Assembly: GCF_006345805.1 (NCBI RefSeq) | Contig: NC_043006.1 | Location: 28,024,001-28,088,000, forward strand | Origin: Octopus sinensis | Taxonomy: Eukaryota | Length of the DNA stretch: 64,000 bases | Reading direction: 5' to 3' | Shown here: in pieces, positions 1-12,320 of the stretch | Layout of the letters: each line of letters begins with the position of its first letter | How positions within the stretch are numbered: the first letter of the stretch is position 1 | Made by a program: the position numbers and the translations under genes | The notes under the pieces: generated by a model | Told to the model about the DNA's origin: nothing | Seen by the model: the letters and a program-made list of their open reading frames with translations, nothing else | The model's database searches: none

Positions 1-431
1 CAGGGCGAAACTCTAAAATAAATCTAACATTTCCTCACTTTTTACTCGCTGTTCGTAGTGTGTGTTTTCTTGAAATGAATTGGACTGTCAGATTTTTTGC
101 TGTTTGGACGAGAAGTTTGCTCCCCAATCCTATAACTTTGATTCTAGTTTCACTGTGTGATAAATTGGGCAAGTGTCTTTTACTATAGACCTGGGCTGAC
201 CAAAGCTTTCATCATCACCACCATTTAGCATCTGTTTTCCATGCTGTCATGGGTTAGATGGTTTGACTGGAACTAGTAAGCCAGAGAGCTGCACCAGGCT
301 CCAGTCTGATTTTGGCTTGGTTTCTACAGCTGGATGCCGTTCCTAATGCCAACCACTCCAAGAGTGTAGTGGGTTCCTTTCATATGTCAGCCTTGTAAGT
401 GAATGTAGTAGATGGGAGCTGAAAGAAGTTT

Positions 432-443
432 AATGTATGTGTA

Positions 444-507
<64 letters not shown>

Positions 508-861
508 ATATATATATGTATATATGTATATATATGTATATATGTATGTATATATATATGTATGTATATATATATGTATATATGTATATATATATGTATA
601 TATGTATGTATATATATATGTATATATGTATGTATATATATATGTATATATGTATGTATATATATATATGTATGTATATATATATATGTATGTATATATA
701 TATATGTATGTATATATATATATGTATATATGTATGTATATATATATATATGTATGTATGTATGTATGTATATATATATATATGTATGTATATATATGTA
801 TATATATATATATGTATGTATATATATATATATGTATGTATGTATGATATATATATATATA

Positions 862-901
<40 letters not shown>

Positions 902-1201
902 ATATATATATGTGTATGTATATATATGTATATTATATATATATATATATTATATATGTATGTATATATATATATGTATGTATATATGTATATATATATA
1001 TGTATGTATATATGTATGTATATATATATGTATGTATGTATATATGTATGTATATATGTAGTATATATATATGTATGTATATATGTATGTATATATATAT
1101 ATATGTATGTATATATGTATGTATATATATATGTATGTATGTATATATGTATGTATATATATATGTATGTATGTATATATGTATGTATATATATATGTAT
1201 G

Positions 1202-1234
<33 letters not shown>

Positions 1235-1343
1235 GTATATATATGTATGTATGTATATATATATGTATGTATATATATATATGTATGTATATATATATGT
1301 ATGTATGTATATATATGTATGTATGTATATATATGCATATTTG

Positions 1344-1375
<32 letters not shown>

Positions 1376-1454
1376 ATATGTATGTATATATATATGTATG
1401 TATATATATATGTATATATATGTATGTATATATATATGTATGTATATATGTATG

Positions 1455-1524
<70 letters not shown>

Positions 1525-1576
1525 TGTATGTATATATATATGTATGTATATATATATGTATGTATATATATATATG

Positions 1577-1607
<31 letters not shown>

Positions 1608-1612
1608 GCATA
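432..1612. repeat. ~1.2-kb compound (TA)n/(TATG)n microsatellite
   Basis: Almost pure TA/TATG reiteration; source of all Y/I/M/C/V-rich ORFs at 412-1713. Confidence 0.98.
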
Positions 1613-2148
1613 TTTGTGTCTCCTTGGTTTCACATCATACAGCATATGTAAAAAAAACCCAAAAAACCCATCATCATACAAATGATGCTATTTGTTTCCA
1701 ATCTTGGCCATAGGAAAATATTATCTTGCTTGGAAAAAGATGAGGATTGGTGACAGGAAAGGCATCCAGCTGTTGAAAATATGCCTCAAGAAATTTCATT
1801 CATGCAAGCATGGAAAAGTGGAAGTTAAAATGATAATAATGATGATGATGACAGTAAAGCCTGGCATACTATCTTTAAATTGATTTCAACTATTTCAAAA
1901 AAATCTTGTCCTCTAATCACATGAATTGATCAAAGACAAACATCCAGATGTAAATATTGAGTAAATCAATAAAAATTGTTAAACTCATGCTAGCATGGAA
2001 AATTGACATTAAATGATGATAATGCTGATGATCTTCATGTGTTACATCTTACATGTATCTCTATTGAGTTTTGAAACCTGCTTCTACTAGTTTACAATCA
2101 CAATGTCATGAATACATAATCATACTAAAAATAATATTCTTATTGTAT

Positions 2149-2690
2149 CATCATCATCATCATCATTTAACGTCTGTTTTCCATGCTAGCATGGGTTGGA
2201 TGGTTTTGACTGAGGGCTGGCAACCAGATGGCTGCACCAGGCTCTAGTCTTGATCTGGCAGTGTTTCTACAGCTGGATGCCCTTCCTAACACCAACCACT
2301 CCGAGAGTGTAGTGGGTGCTTTTTACGTGCCACCTGCACGGGGGCTAGTCAGGCGGTATTGGCAACGACCTTGCTCGAACCCCTTTACGCGTCCCACCGA
2401 CACAGGTGCCAGTGAAGCGACGTTGGTAACGATCACGCTCGAATGGTGCCCTTTTACGTGCCACGGGTACGGAAGCCAGTTGGCTGCTCTGGCAATGATT
2501 ACAATGATCACGCTCGGATGGGTGTTCTTGGCACCCTACTAGCACAGGCATAAGTGCCAGTAAGGCGATGCTGGTAACGATCATACTCGAATAGCTTCTC
2601 TGTCAACGGTCACACTCGTATGGTGCTCCTTGCACCCCACTAGCATGGATGCCAGTCATCGAAATGATTTTGATTATGATTTGATTTTGA
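2149..2690 (-). mobile_element. RTE-LINE 3' tail-derived repeat with internal tandem units
   Basis: (CAT)n + TTTAACGTCTGTTTTCCATGCTAGCATGGGTTGGA, the reverse complement of the tail at 9700-10200 that follows RTE coding sequence; contains repeated CTTTTACGTGCCAC units. Confidence 0.8.
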
Positions 2691-3518
2691 TTTTGATTGT
2701 ATCTACTTAATTTATTAGAAAATCTAGTTTCATGCATTAATTCAATTAATCAATTTTTTTGAAGGTTTAATTAGAGGATGATGAACAGTATCCACAATCT
2801 TTTTCAAGCTCCTGAAACTGATGGGACGGAGTAATAAAGTTACCTTCAGACCAAAGATTGGCCTAGATGTTTGCAAAACAGTGAACTCTGCTACAGGTTC
2901 CCAAGGGCTAGGTGATGGATTAAATTTAACTATCCAAGAAGAGGAACAATCTCTTTATAAATTTATAATTTTTACCTACCACATTAGCATCATACATGAA
3001 AATAAACTTTTTGACCAAACAACCAGACCTGCTGTAACTAAAGCTTTCTAGATGAAAGCCTTAACAAAAGTTTGAAATAAAATAACATTCTATTCTATTA
3101 AAGTGCTAATGACAGATTCTTGTGGTGTAAAATATGTCATGCTGTGGAAAGGGGATAGTGAGAGAGAGAGAGATTCAAATGAATGCTATTTGCAAGCACA
3201 CACACACATACTATGCACACACACACACACACACACATTAGCTGTTTGTGTGTGTGTGTGAGAGAGTGGGGAGTATGTGTATATGTGCATGTGTCATTAG
3301 TGATCATGTGTGTGAGTGTATGTATTTTTCCAGCTATCTATATTAATAACTGTTCCTAACTTTCTTCATAAAATTTGTGTAATGCTAAATCCCGGATAAA
3401 GGTGCTACCAACTATACAGTGTCAAATGCTTCTTTATTGAAATGGTGTTTGGTGTGTTACAGTGGACAATGATCATAGAGGATGACAGCAAAAATTGAAC
3501 CAAGAAAAACAGATTAGA

Positions 3519-3925
3519 TATACTCTTTTACTTGTTTCAGTCATTTGATTGCGGCCATGCAGGAGCACCACCTTTAATCGAGCAACTCGACCCCGGGACT
3601 TATTCTTTGTAAGCCCAGTACTTATTCTATCGGTCTCTTTTGCCGAACCGCTAAGTGACGGGGACATAAACACACCAGCATCGGTTGTCAAGCAATGTTA
3701 GGGGGACAAACACAGACACACAAACACACACACATACACATACATATATATACATACATATATATGACGGGCTTCTTTCAGTTTCCATCTACCAAATCCA
3801 TTCACAAGGCTTTGGTTGGCCCGAGGCTATAGTAGAAGACATTTGCCCAAGGTGCCACGCAGTGGGACTGAACCCGGGACCATGTGGTTGGTAAACAAGC
3901 TACTTACCACACAGCCACTCCTGTG
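3519..3925 (-). mobile_element. Near full-length tRNA-derived SINE (CORE-like; resembles octopus OR/OK families)
   Basis: Minus strand: tRNA-like head AGGAGTGGCTGTGTGGTAAG...GGTTCAGTCCC, CORE-like CCTTGGGCAAATGTCTTC, central (TA/CA)n and AAAAGAGTA tail. Partial copies at ~7485, 18205, 35730, 36620, 42505, 44085, 59098 and 62170. Confidence 0.8.
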
Positions 3926-4247
3926 GAAGAATTTGGAATAAAGAGAGGAGAATGAATGATGATGATAAGTAAGATTATTTTGCACAATGAGAAAACAGAC
4001 TACAAAAGGAAATATGATTGAAAATAATGAATAAAATTCCTTGAAATTACTCATAAGTTTATGAAGGAAATGACAGGATATCATTACTGAGGGGGGAAAT
4101 GTTGATAGCTGACACTGCACCACAGAATGGAGTATGGAATTACCATGTATTCTGCTAGTATGGAATTATTCTTAATTTATCTTTATTTTCAGCTTTTCCT
4201 CTGTTCTGATTCTTTGTCTTTGTAAAAATTTTAATTTCTTTTTCTAG

Positions 4248-4458
4248 CAATCTGTTGAAAGTAAGTTGCTTTCAACAAGTTTGGCACAGTGCTCCTCTTT
4301 ACAGAACTACTCTTACACATTTACCCAGACAATCTCAATGGCGAACTCCATTGCGAAAATTTCACCAAAGAAGCAGACGCCGAGATGATATAGTTGAACA
4401 GAAAAATGGATATCCTACCTACCGAGACCTTTTAAAACCATTAGGTTTTACTATTATG
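4248..4458 (+). CDS. PARL: PARL mitochondrial rhomboid protease, first visible coding exon (upstream exon missing)
   Basis: ttttctag acceptor, ATG|gtgggt donor; encodes ...RDLLKPLGFTIM, matching PARL RSLIKPLFFTV; no in-frame start, so an upstream exon is needed. Confidence 0.85.
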
Positions 4459-5975
4459 GTGGGTTATGAGCTTTATTTTTATTCATTTGTAATTAGCTCA
4501 GCATTTTGTAAAACCACACTTAACACTAATAAATCTAACATTTGCATATATAGAGCATATGTCAATAGTTTCTGAGTAATTTTTTTAAAGAAAAGCGAGA
4601 TAGTATAGCTATGTAGTATTAAATAGAACAACTATATAATACTACATAGCTATACTTTTTGTTCAACTGGCAACTTCGAAATGAATTATGTTGGTCAGAT
4701 TAACTTTCTCTTTTTCTGGCAGAAATCGAACTGATGAGTAAAGTGACAACTCAGCTGATAACTGGGATTGAATCTACTTCTCCTGTTTTGAAATCCAACA
4801 TCTTGCCACCTAGTCCAGGTTGACACCCCTTAGCGAACAAACCAGGTCAGATTAGCGTTTTCTTTTCTATAGCAACTATTTACTTCCCTTGTCTTCAGAA
4901 GTTAAAATAATTATTTTGTCTTGACTGCTTCTTCACCAATAACTCTCAACTAAATGTTTACCAAGAAGCCTCAAATGCCTCAGCAATTTCTTCAGTTGGC
5001 ATTTTACTCAACTTTAAATTTCTCATCCAAATTTTAGTTCTACTTTCAACGCCTTTTGATATAGTAGATAATTAGTTACTTGATGTAACTTTATATTAGC
5101 TGTTTTTATAATTATCATTATAATAATAGGTATCTAGTTACTTTCCTCCTTTGGAATCATTTCTGCTCACTCTTCTCATATTAACCTTGATAACTAAATT
5201 ATGCAATAGGGTATGTAATCATTTGATTTATTACTAAGAAAGTCAGGCATATTGGATAATATAGTGTTAAATGGATGTCTTATCAAGAACACCTTTCATC
5301 ATAGATTTATCTGCTCAATTAGAGCAATGACTAAGGAGATGATCTTGTTTGAATTCTAGCATCAAAAGATCCAAGCTTTAGAGTAAATTTTCTCTTTTAT
5401 AACTGCTTCAAATGAATCGTTAGCATTTCTGTTTATTGATTAGTTTAACACATTTTTTCCAATTCCTACAATGCTGATTGCTGTGATATCTTTTTTTCTT
5501 AAATAAGTACAACCTCTTATTTGTTCATTTAAACTCATTCTTACAAAGAGACAGTGTTAGTTTTAATATTTTTCTCAGCTTTCAGTAATCCACAAAATGA
5601 AAAAAATCCCTAGATTTATGTTGTGCATTATCTACCAGTTTAACAGTTTATGAACAATTCAGTATCTTTCGAAGAGTACAAGCTGCTTGTCTTTTATCAG
5701 AGGATGAGTTTCTCCCACCCACCAGTCATGGAGCAATAGGTACTGTCTGCTTTCCTCTCACCAAATCACATTGAAAAAAAAACAACAAAAACAAATAAAC
5801 TCGTTCATTTTCATCTGAAATGCTAATTTTTAGTTTTAATCATGTTATGATGTCTTGGGTAAAGTCCATATAATAGTTATAACTACTTCATAGATGTTTG
5901 CAGCCTAATTTAAACAGAAGTATTTTGTATCGTCATCATTATCATTATTATTTTCTTTTTTTTTCATTTTCTTAG

Positions 5976-6116
5976 TTCAGTGGAGCATGCTTTGCTGGCA
6001 GTATGGTATGGCAATATGAAATGACACGTTTGAAGGCAAAAAAAATTATTAGTAACTGGATTTCAAACGAGGGAAGAGATGTATTCTACCCTAAATCCCA
6101 CAGCTTTCGTTCACAT
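5976..6116 (+). CDS. PARL: PARL exon
   Basis: cttag/gtaagt; FSGACFAGSMVWQYE... matches PARL FTGCAFGSAAIWQYE; 141 nt, phase 0-0. Confidence 0.93.
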
Positions 6117-7259
6117 GTAAGTTATCTTGATTTCATCCAGAAGACGTTTTTCCTTTTGTTTTTATTCATTAATTTTTATTTAAAAAATCCTTTTCTGTCC
6201 TGTATGAAATAGTTCTGAAAGCTTGTATTCATCATCATCATCATCAAAATCATTTAATGTCTGTTTTCCTTGCTGGCATGGGCTGAGTGGTTTGACAAGA
6301 TCCAATGAGCCGCAGGATTATGTTGAGTTCCAATGTTAGTTTTGATGTAATTCTATGGCTGGATGATAAACTGACAGGGAACTAGAACTTAAGTTTTGCT
6401 GAAGACCAAGTCTATTCAACTGACATAATGGATATTATTGATCATTTCTGCTTCTTCAACAATACAGTTAGTACTGTAGAGGATTCTTGGGAATAGGGAA
6501 GAAGCAGTTTAGTGAATTTTTAGCAACAGTATGTTAGCTATATGAGGTATGTATGAAAAGTTAGACAGTGCATCATCACCATTATTATTTAACATTCATG
6601 TTCCACACTGACAGTTTCACCGATGGGTCCAAATGCTACATTGTGCTTCAGTGTCTGCTTTGATATGGTTTCTAGGCTGGATGCTCTTCCTAATACCAAC
6701 CCCTTTACAATGTGTACTGGATGCTTTTTTTGTGGCACCAGCACTAGTGAGGTCACCATGTAGCTTGAATTAAGATCTTCTTTGACCAAGAGTTGCAGTT
6801 CAAGTTTTGCTGCCTCTTTGTTAGGTTATAAATTGGACTTTGTGCTTTTTAATAAGCTTTTCAATTTACCTTCATTCATTTTAACTACCTGGTAATGAAA
6901 AGTAGAAACATCTGCAGTAGTTGAAGATCAAAAGTTGGTCTTTGGGTAACTTTATAAGAATTTCCTTTGTTGCAAGTATTTGAACCAGATCTTTCCTAGT
7001 TCACATTTTTTCGCTGTCAGTATTCTGGTTGGTTATCAGCTACATCAATCTTATCAGTTTGCGAAAGTCTAGAAAGAAAAGAAGACAATGTAGACAGGAT
7101 TAAGGACATTAGGCCTGATAAACATAAAGTATAAGACCAAAACAGCATGAAAAAGTGTATTAAAACTCATTCAAACTATGTTAGGATAGAAAATCAAGCA
7201 TTAATATAAAGATGATGCATTTGGCCACTAATAATTAATTCTTTTGTCTTTCTTTTCAG

Positions 7260-7404
7260 GTAAATATGTGGTGGAACAGTCTCAGTGATGGACAGAAGTA
7301 TGTAGTTAGCATTATTGGAGCAAATGTTCTTGTATTTCTAGCATGGCGATTGCCATCTGCACAACCTACCTTGATGAAATACTTCTGCAGTAATCCAAAC
7401 TCTG
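7260..7404 (+). CDS. PARL: PARL exon
   Basis: tttcag/gtgtgt; VNMWWNSLSDGQKYVVSIIGANVLVFLAWRLPS matches PARL WWNNLSDGQR...IIAANVLVFCLWRVP; phase 0-1. Confidence 0.94.
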
Positions 7405-8862
7405 GTGTGTGAGTTAGAAATTTATTACTCTGTTTTTCTGTTCAAATTCTTCAGATGCCTAGACATTTTTGAAAGAGATAAGCATAAGCATAGTTGTATG
7501 GTTAAGAAGTTTGTTTTTCAAGCACATGATTTTGGGTTTAGTCCAAGTGCATAGCACCTCAGGCAAATGTCTCCTGCTATTGCCCTAGGCTGACCAAAAC
7601 CTCGTGAGTGGATTTGGTAGATAGAAACTGAAAGATGCTTTGTGTGTGTGTGTATGTCTGTGTATTTATACATACGTAGATACATATATATGCGTCTATC
7701 TGTGTGTGTGTGTATATATAAAATGTATATATATATATATGCACACTGTCTTATATGTTTCCTTGCTCTCCACTTTTATTCTATTACCTCTGCCTTAACT
7801 AAGGCAGAGGTATTGTTTTCAGTCACATTTGTTTGTTTGTCTGTGGACAAGATATCTCAAGAACAGCTGGATGGATTCAGGTGACACTTTCAGTGATGTT
7901 TGGCCTCATGACTGGCACAAACTGATTAGATTTTGGAATTGATCCGGTACTGGAAAAGGATTCAGGATTATTTTTCCTTTTCTTTTTACTTAAGTTTTGA
8001 GAGCGGTCTGGTTCATTTTTAGTATTCTTGTTTGTGAGAGCACTCAAGTTTATTTCAGACATTCGCATTTTAAAAATCATCTCCGAATAATTGTTGAGAG
8101 GATGTTGGTATTGCCTTGGCCGAGATTTGTACTCTCTGAGTGCTCTTGTTCTGTCTAGATCTGTTTCTTAGCCTGTATGGCTCTGTGTACTGTATCATTC
8201 CACCACCTTGTTAACTTCTGCTTGGCTGAGACATTGTGTTATGCTAGAATCTGTCTATAGCTTTCAGCAACATTTGTCTTCCAGTTGTATTTCATTTGTT
8301 TTTTCCTTGCAGCATGGGTTAGATGGATATAGTTTTGAGGAGAGGGAAGGTTAGCTTCTAGGGGTATTCAGAGTGAAATCCTAAGGCTGCTGGAGATAAA
8401 GGTTGTCTCCATGTTCTCAGGGTAGGGCTAGCCAAAGTGAAGAAATAGGGTATGTAGGCATGGTGGTAATTTGATACAGCTAGGTATAAATGTTGTTTAA
8501 ATTATGTGGCTTGAAATATTGGAAGAGACGGGTTGCAGAGTTATCCTGTTAGTTGAGAATAAGATTATTTCCATGGTTCTATATAGAGGAGAAATGTTTA
8601 GCTACAAGTTGTTATTGTTGATGAGAGAGGTGGCTGAGTGGAAGTACTATATCACAGCAAATCACACAAATTTGTTACAATACTCTTGATTTAATTATCG
8701 TTACCACATATAGTTTAAGAAATATTGTTTTATCAACTTTTCCATGCTTGCATGGGTCAGATGGAATCCATTGAGGCAAATTTTCTATAGCCAGATGCCT
8801 TTCTTGTTTTCAAGCAACATAATATACAGAAATATATATATATACATTATATATACATACAT

Positions 8863-8896
<34 letters not shown>

Positions 8897-8955
8897 TTCG
8901 TTTTTGGATTTGGTTTGCAAGATTCTTTATATGAGTTCGTGTGTTGAAGCATATT

Positions 8956-9105
8956 CTGTTGTGTCTGGGGAGAGTCATTCTCTTTTAGTACCTTATTATT
9001 TAACAGACTCACCGGTAAAAAAAGACGAAATAAGTGGAAATTTTACCGGTGAGTGGGTTAAATAATAAGGTACTAAAAGAGAATGACTCTCCCCAGACAC
9101 AACAG
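8956..9105. repeat. Foldback (~65-bp arms, ~20-nt loop) flanked by (TA)/(CA) microsatellites
   Basis: CTGTTGTGTCTGGGGAGAGTCATTCTC...CCGGTAAAA and its reverse complement; 2 mismatches seen. Confidence 0.9.
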
Positions 9106-9147
9106 TATATATATATATATATATATTTATATATACATAAAAATATA

Positions 9148-10200
9148 TCACTAGAAAACGAATAGCCTGGGCAAAGTTTAGAAAGCTCCTACTCCTACTG
9201 GTGACAAAAGGTCTCTCGCTCAGAGTGAAAGGTAGATTGTATGATGCATGTGTGCGAACTGCCATGCTTCACGGTAGTGAAACATGGGCTGTGACTGCAG
9301 AGGACATGCGTAGGCTTGAAAGAAATGAAGCTAGCATGATCCGCTGGATGTGTAATGTCAGTGTGCACACATGACAGAGTGTAAGCACCCTGAGAGAAAT
9401 GCTGAACATAAGAAGCATCAGATGTGGTGTGCAAGAGAGACGTTTGCGCTGGTAAGGTCATGTACTGCGGATGGATGAGGAGAGATGTGTGAAGAAGTGC
9501 CACTCCCAAACAGTTGAAGCATGACCTTTGAATGTTGGGTCTCACAGAGGCAATGACAAAAGACCGAGACCTCCGGAGATATGCTGTGACTGCGAAGACC
9601 CGACAAATAACGTGAGTTCATAGCTGTTTCCTGCACCAGCTTCACATAGAAGCCCTAGCCCATTCAAAGTGCCCTGGATCACAGGATAGCCTGCTGTGCT
9701 TACCTTGGATCGTAGGGTGACCTGCTGTGCTTGAGGAGACTTATTGAGTCAAGTACATCAACATCAAAAAATCAAATGGAAATTGTAGTTGTGATACCTG
9801 TGCTGGTGACATGTAAAAAGCACCATCTGGATGTGGCCAATGCCAGCACCGCCTTGACTGGCTTCCATGCTGGTGGCACGTAAAAAGCACCAATTGATTG
9901 TGACTGTTGCTAGCCTCCCCTGGCACCTATGCTGGTGGCATAAAAAGCACCATCCGTACGTGGTCAATGCCAGCACTGCCTTAACTGGCTTCCGTGCCGG
10001 TGGCACGTAAAAAGCACCAACCAATCGTGGCATGTTAAAAAGCACCCACTACACTCTCGGAGTCGTTGGCATTAGGAAGGGCATCCAGCTGTAGAAACAC
10101 TGCCAGATCAGACTGGAGCCTGGTGCAGCCTCCTGGCTTCCCAGACCCCGGTCGAACTGTCCAACCCATGCTAGCATGGAAAACGGACGTTAAACGCTGA
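9148..10200 (+). mobile_element. 5'-truncated RTE-clade LINE (C-terminal ORF remnant plus 3' tail with tandem units)
   Basis: Translates RIAWAKFR...LYDACVRTAMLHGSETW...MIRWMC...RLRW*GHVLRM (RTE/BovB-like) with stops; tail contains GGTGGCACGTAAAAAGCACC units and ends GGACGTTAAACGCTGATG. Confidence 0.85.
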
Positions 10201-10599
10201 TGTATTACATATATATGTATATATACATATATATATGTATAGATATATGTACATATATATATATATAAATACACACATATATATATCTACATATATATAT
10301 ATGTATGTTATTCTTTCACTTTTGACATGTAATACTGAACCAGTACCAATGTTATATTGTTTTAATAAAAAAAAAAAAAATGTTGATACTCATGGGGTGT
10401 GATACTATTACCTTATAAAATTTGATTTGATATGGTTGAGCCGTTTGAGAATGCATAGGGAACAGACAGGCAAAGAATTTTATAAATATAGAGATAACTA
10501 GTCCTAGAACCTTTCGATAGCACCTCACACACACACACACAGATGTTTGCAAACAGATTTATGTTTATAAAAGAACAGATATATAATAACTTTATTTAT

Positions 10600-11769
10600 C
10601 AAAAAATGCTATGAGGATAAAAAATAAACCTTCTTTTCAATAATGTTATTCAATAAAGCCACCATCAGCTTCAACAACTGCTTCTATATGAGATCTAAAT
10701 CATCTACATGCTCGAATCAAATGTTCCTGGTTCATTTTGGACATTACTCTGACTATGGCAGCTTTCAAAGAATCTTTGATGTTATGAGTGTGTTCATTGA
10801 CCTCTCTCTCAACAATGCTCCACATGTAATAATTCAATGGATTGAGATCTGAGGAATTAGGAGGCTTATGTAATCATGAAAATTTTCAGCTATCCGTTCC
10901 TGTGTTACTAGAACCATGTATGATAGTGCAGAGTCTTACTGAAACACATATGGCTTTCCATTGCATACACTATCTAGGGCTTAACAATTATTTCCAGGAC
11001 TTCAATGTAGATGGCAGAGTTAACTCTAAGGCCTCGTGGAAAGAAGTAAGGAGGCATCACATGTCCTTCATTGCTGACAACCCCTAAAACAATGACAGTT
11101 GCAGGAAATTTTGTATGCATAACACTTGGAACTTCAGAAGTGTCTGCACATAACCATTTGTCATTTCTTCTGTTAACGTTTTGATCTTGGTTGAAGTTTT
11201 TCTTGTTTGAGAAAAACCAAATCAAATCTTCTTCTGCTGGATTTTTCAGTTTGTTTAAGAGCCTTTTAGATTTGATGTAGTGATTTTCGTTTGCTTTTTC
11301 TAACAAATTGATCTGTCCTCATCATATAAGACTTACATCTGTTGTCTTCACGGACAACATTTCTGACTATTCCTTCTAACACATGGAGATCTTTTGCAAT
11401 TGTACTCATGGACTTTCTGGTATTGTAATCAATGATCTGTTGAACTTGCTGGATAAATTCAGGTGTTCTGAAGATTTCAGAGCATTTAGAATGCTTTTTA
11501 TGCTTTGATACTGGTGATATGTTTCCATCTTCAGTCTCTAGCCCCTTACAAACTTTATAGACGAAAGATGGAGCAACTTTTAAAAATCAAGATATTTCCA
11601 AATCGCTAATCTCAGCCTTTATAACCACAATAACAGCATGCCTCTTCATTTCTTGAATAAGCTGAGGGTCTGCCATTATTATTTTCTGAAACAAAGATTA
11701 TACAGAGTTAGCAAAAAATGCAGCAATGACCCCAAAAAAGTATGTCTTCAAACACCTTCCACACCCTGT
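10600..11769 (-). mobile_element. Degenerate Tc1/mariner (maT/DD37D-like) transposon
   Basis: TKFPATVIVLGVVSNEGHVMPPYFFPRGLRVNSAIYIEVLEIIVKP (10974-11306); a CACCCTGTA terminus at ~11761-11769; left end unclear. Confidence 0.7.
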
Positions 11770-12170
11770 ATGAGAGTGTGTGTGTGTGTGTGTGTGTTGT
11801 GTGTGTGTGTGTGTGGTGAATGTGAGTGTGTGTGTGTTTGCGTCTTCTTGTCTTGACATTATATGATAGCTATGAGTGTCATTGTCATACAAATGATGTT
11901 TTTACAATATTCTATGAAAACATGTCCAAGCAAGGATTGGCAACAGGAAGAGCATTCAGACAGAAAATCTGCTTTAATAAATCCATCTGACCATTCAAGG
12001 ATGGAAAAGTGGACGCTAAAACAATGATAATGATATATTTATCAAATCTTTCTCTAGTTTTGGTCTAGTGCTAGAAAATTCTGTACTTAAGCAATTATTT
12101 TTGTTAATTATATTAAAGTTTCCTTTTATTAAGTATTTCATCTAAAATTTTCTCCTTTTTCTTTTTCTAG

Positions 12171-12320
12171 CGGCACCATGCTGGTCAATGCTTCTGTCAG
12201 CATTCAGCCAGTACAACTTTATGCATTTGTTTACTAATATGTATGTCCTCTGGTCGTTTTCAAATGTAGCATTAAATTTATTTGGAAAAGAACAATTCCT
12301 TGCCTTTTATCTGAGTTCTG
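12171..12320 (+). CDS. PARL: PARL exon
   Basis: ttctag/gtaagt; [24 protein letters not shown]...[12 protein letters not shown] matches [28 protein letters not shown]...GQEQFMAVYLSA; phase 1-1. Confidence 0.95.

Noticed and set aside
412-1713. Long ORFs (up to 393 aa) rich in Y/I/M/C/V/H/T
   Set aside because: Translations of the TA/TATG microsatellite; no stops arise because of repeat composition.
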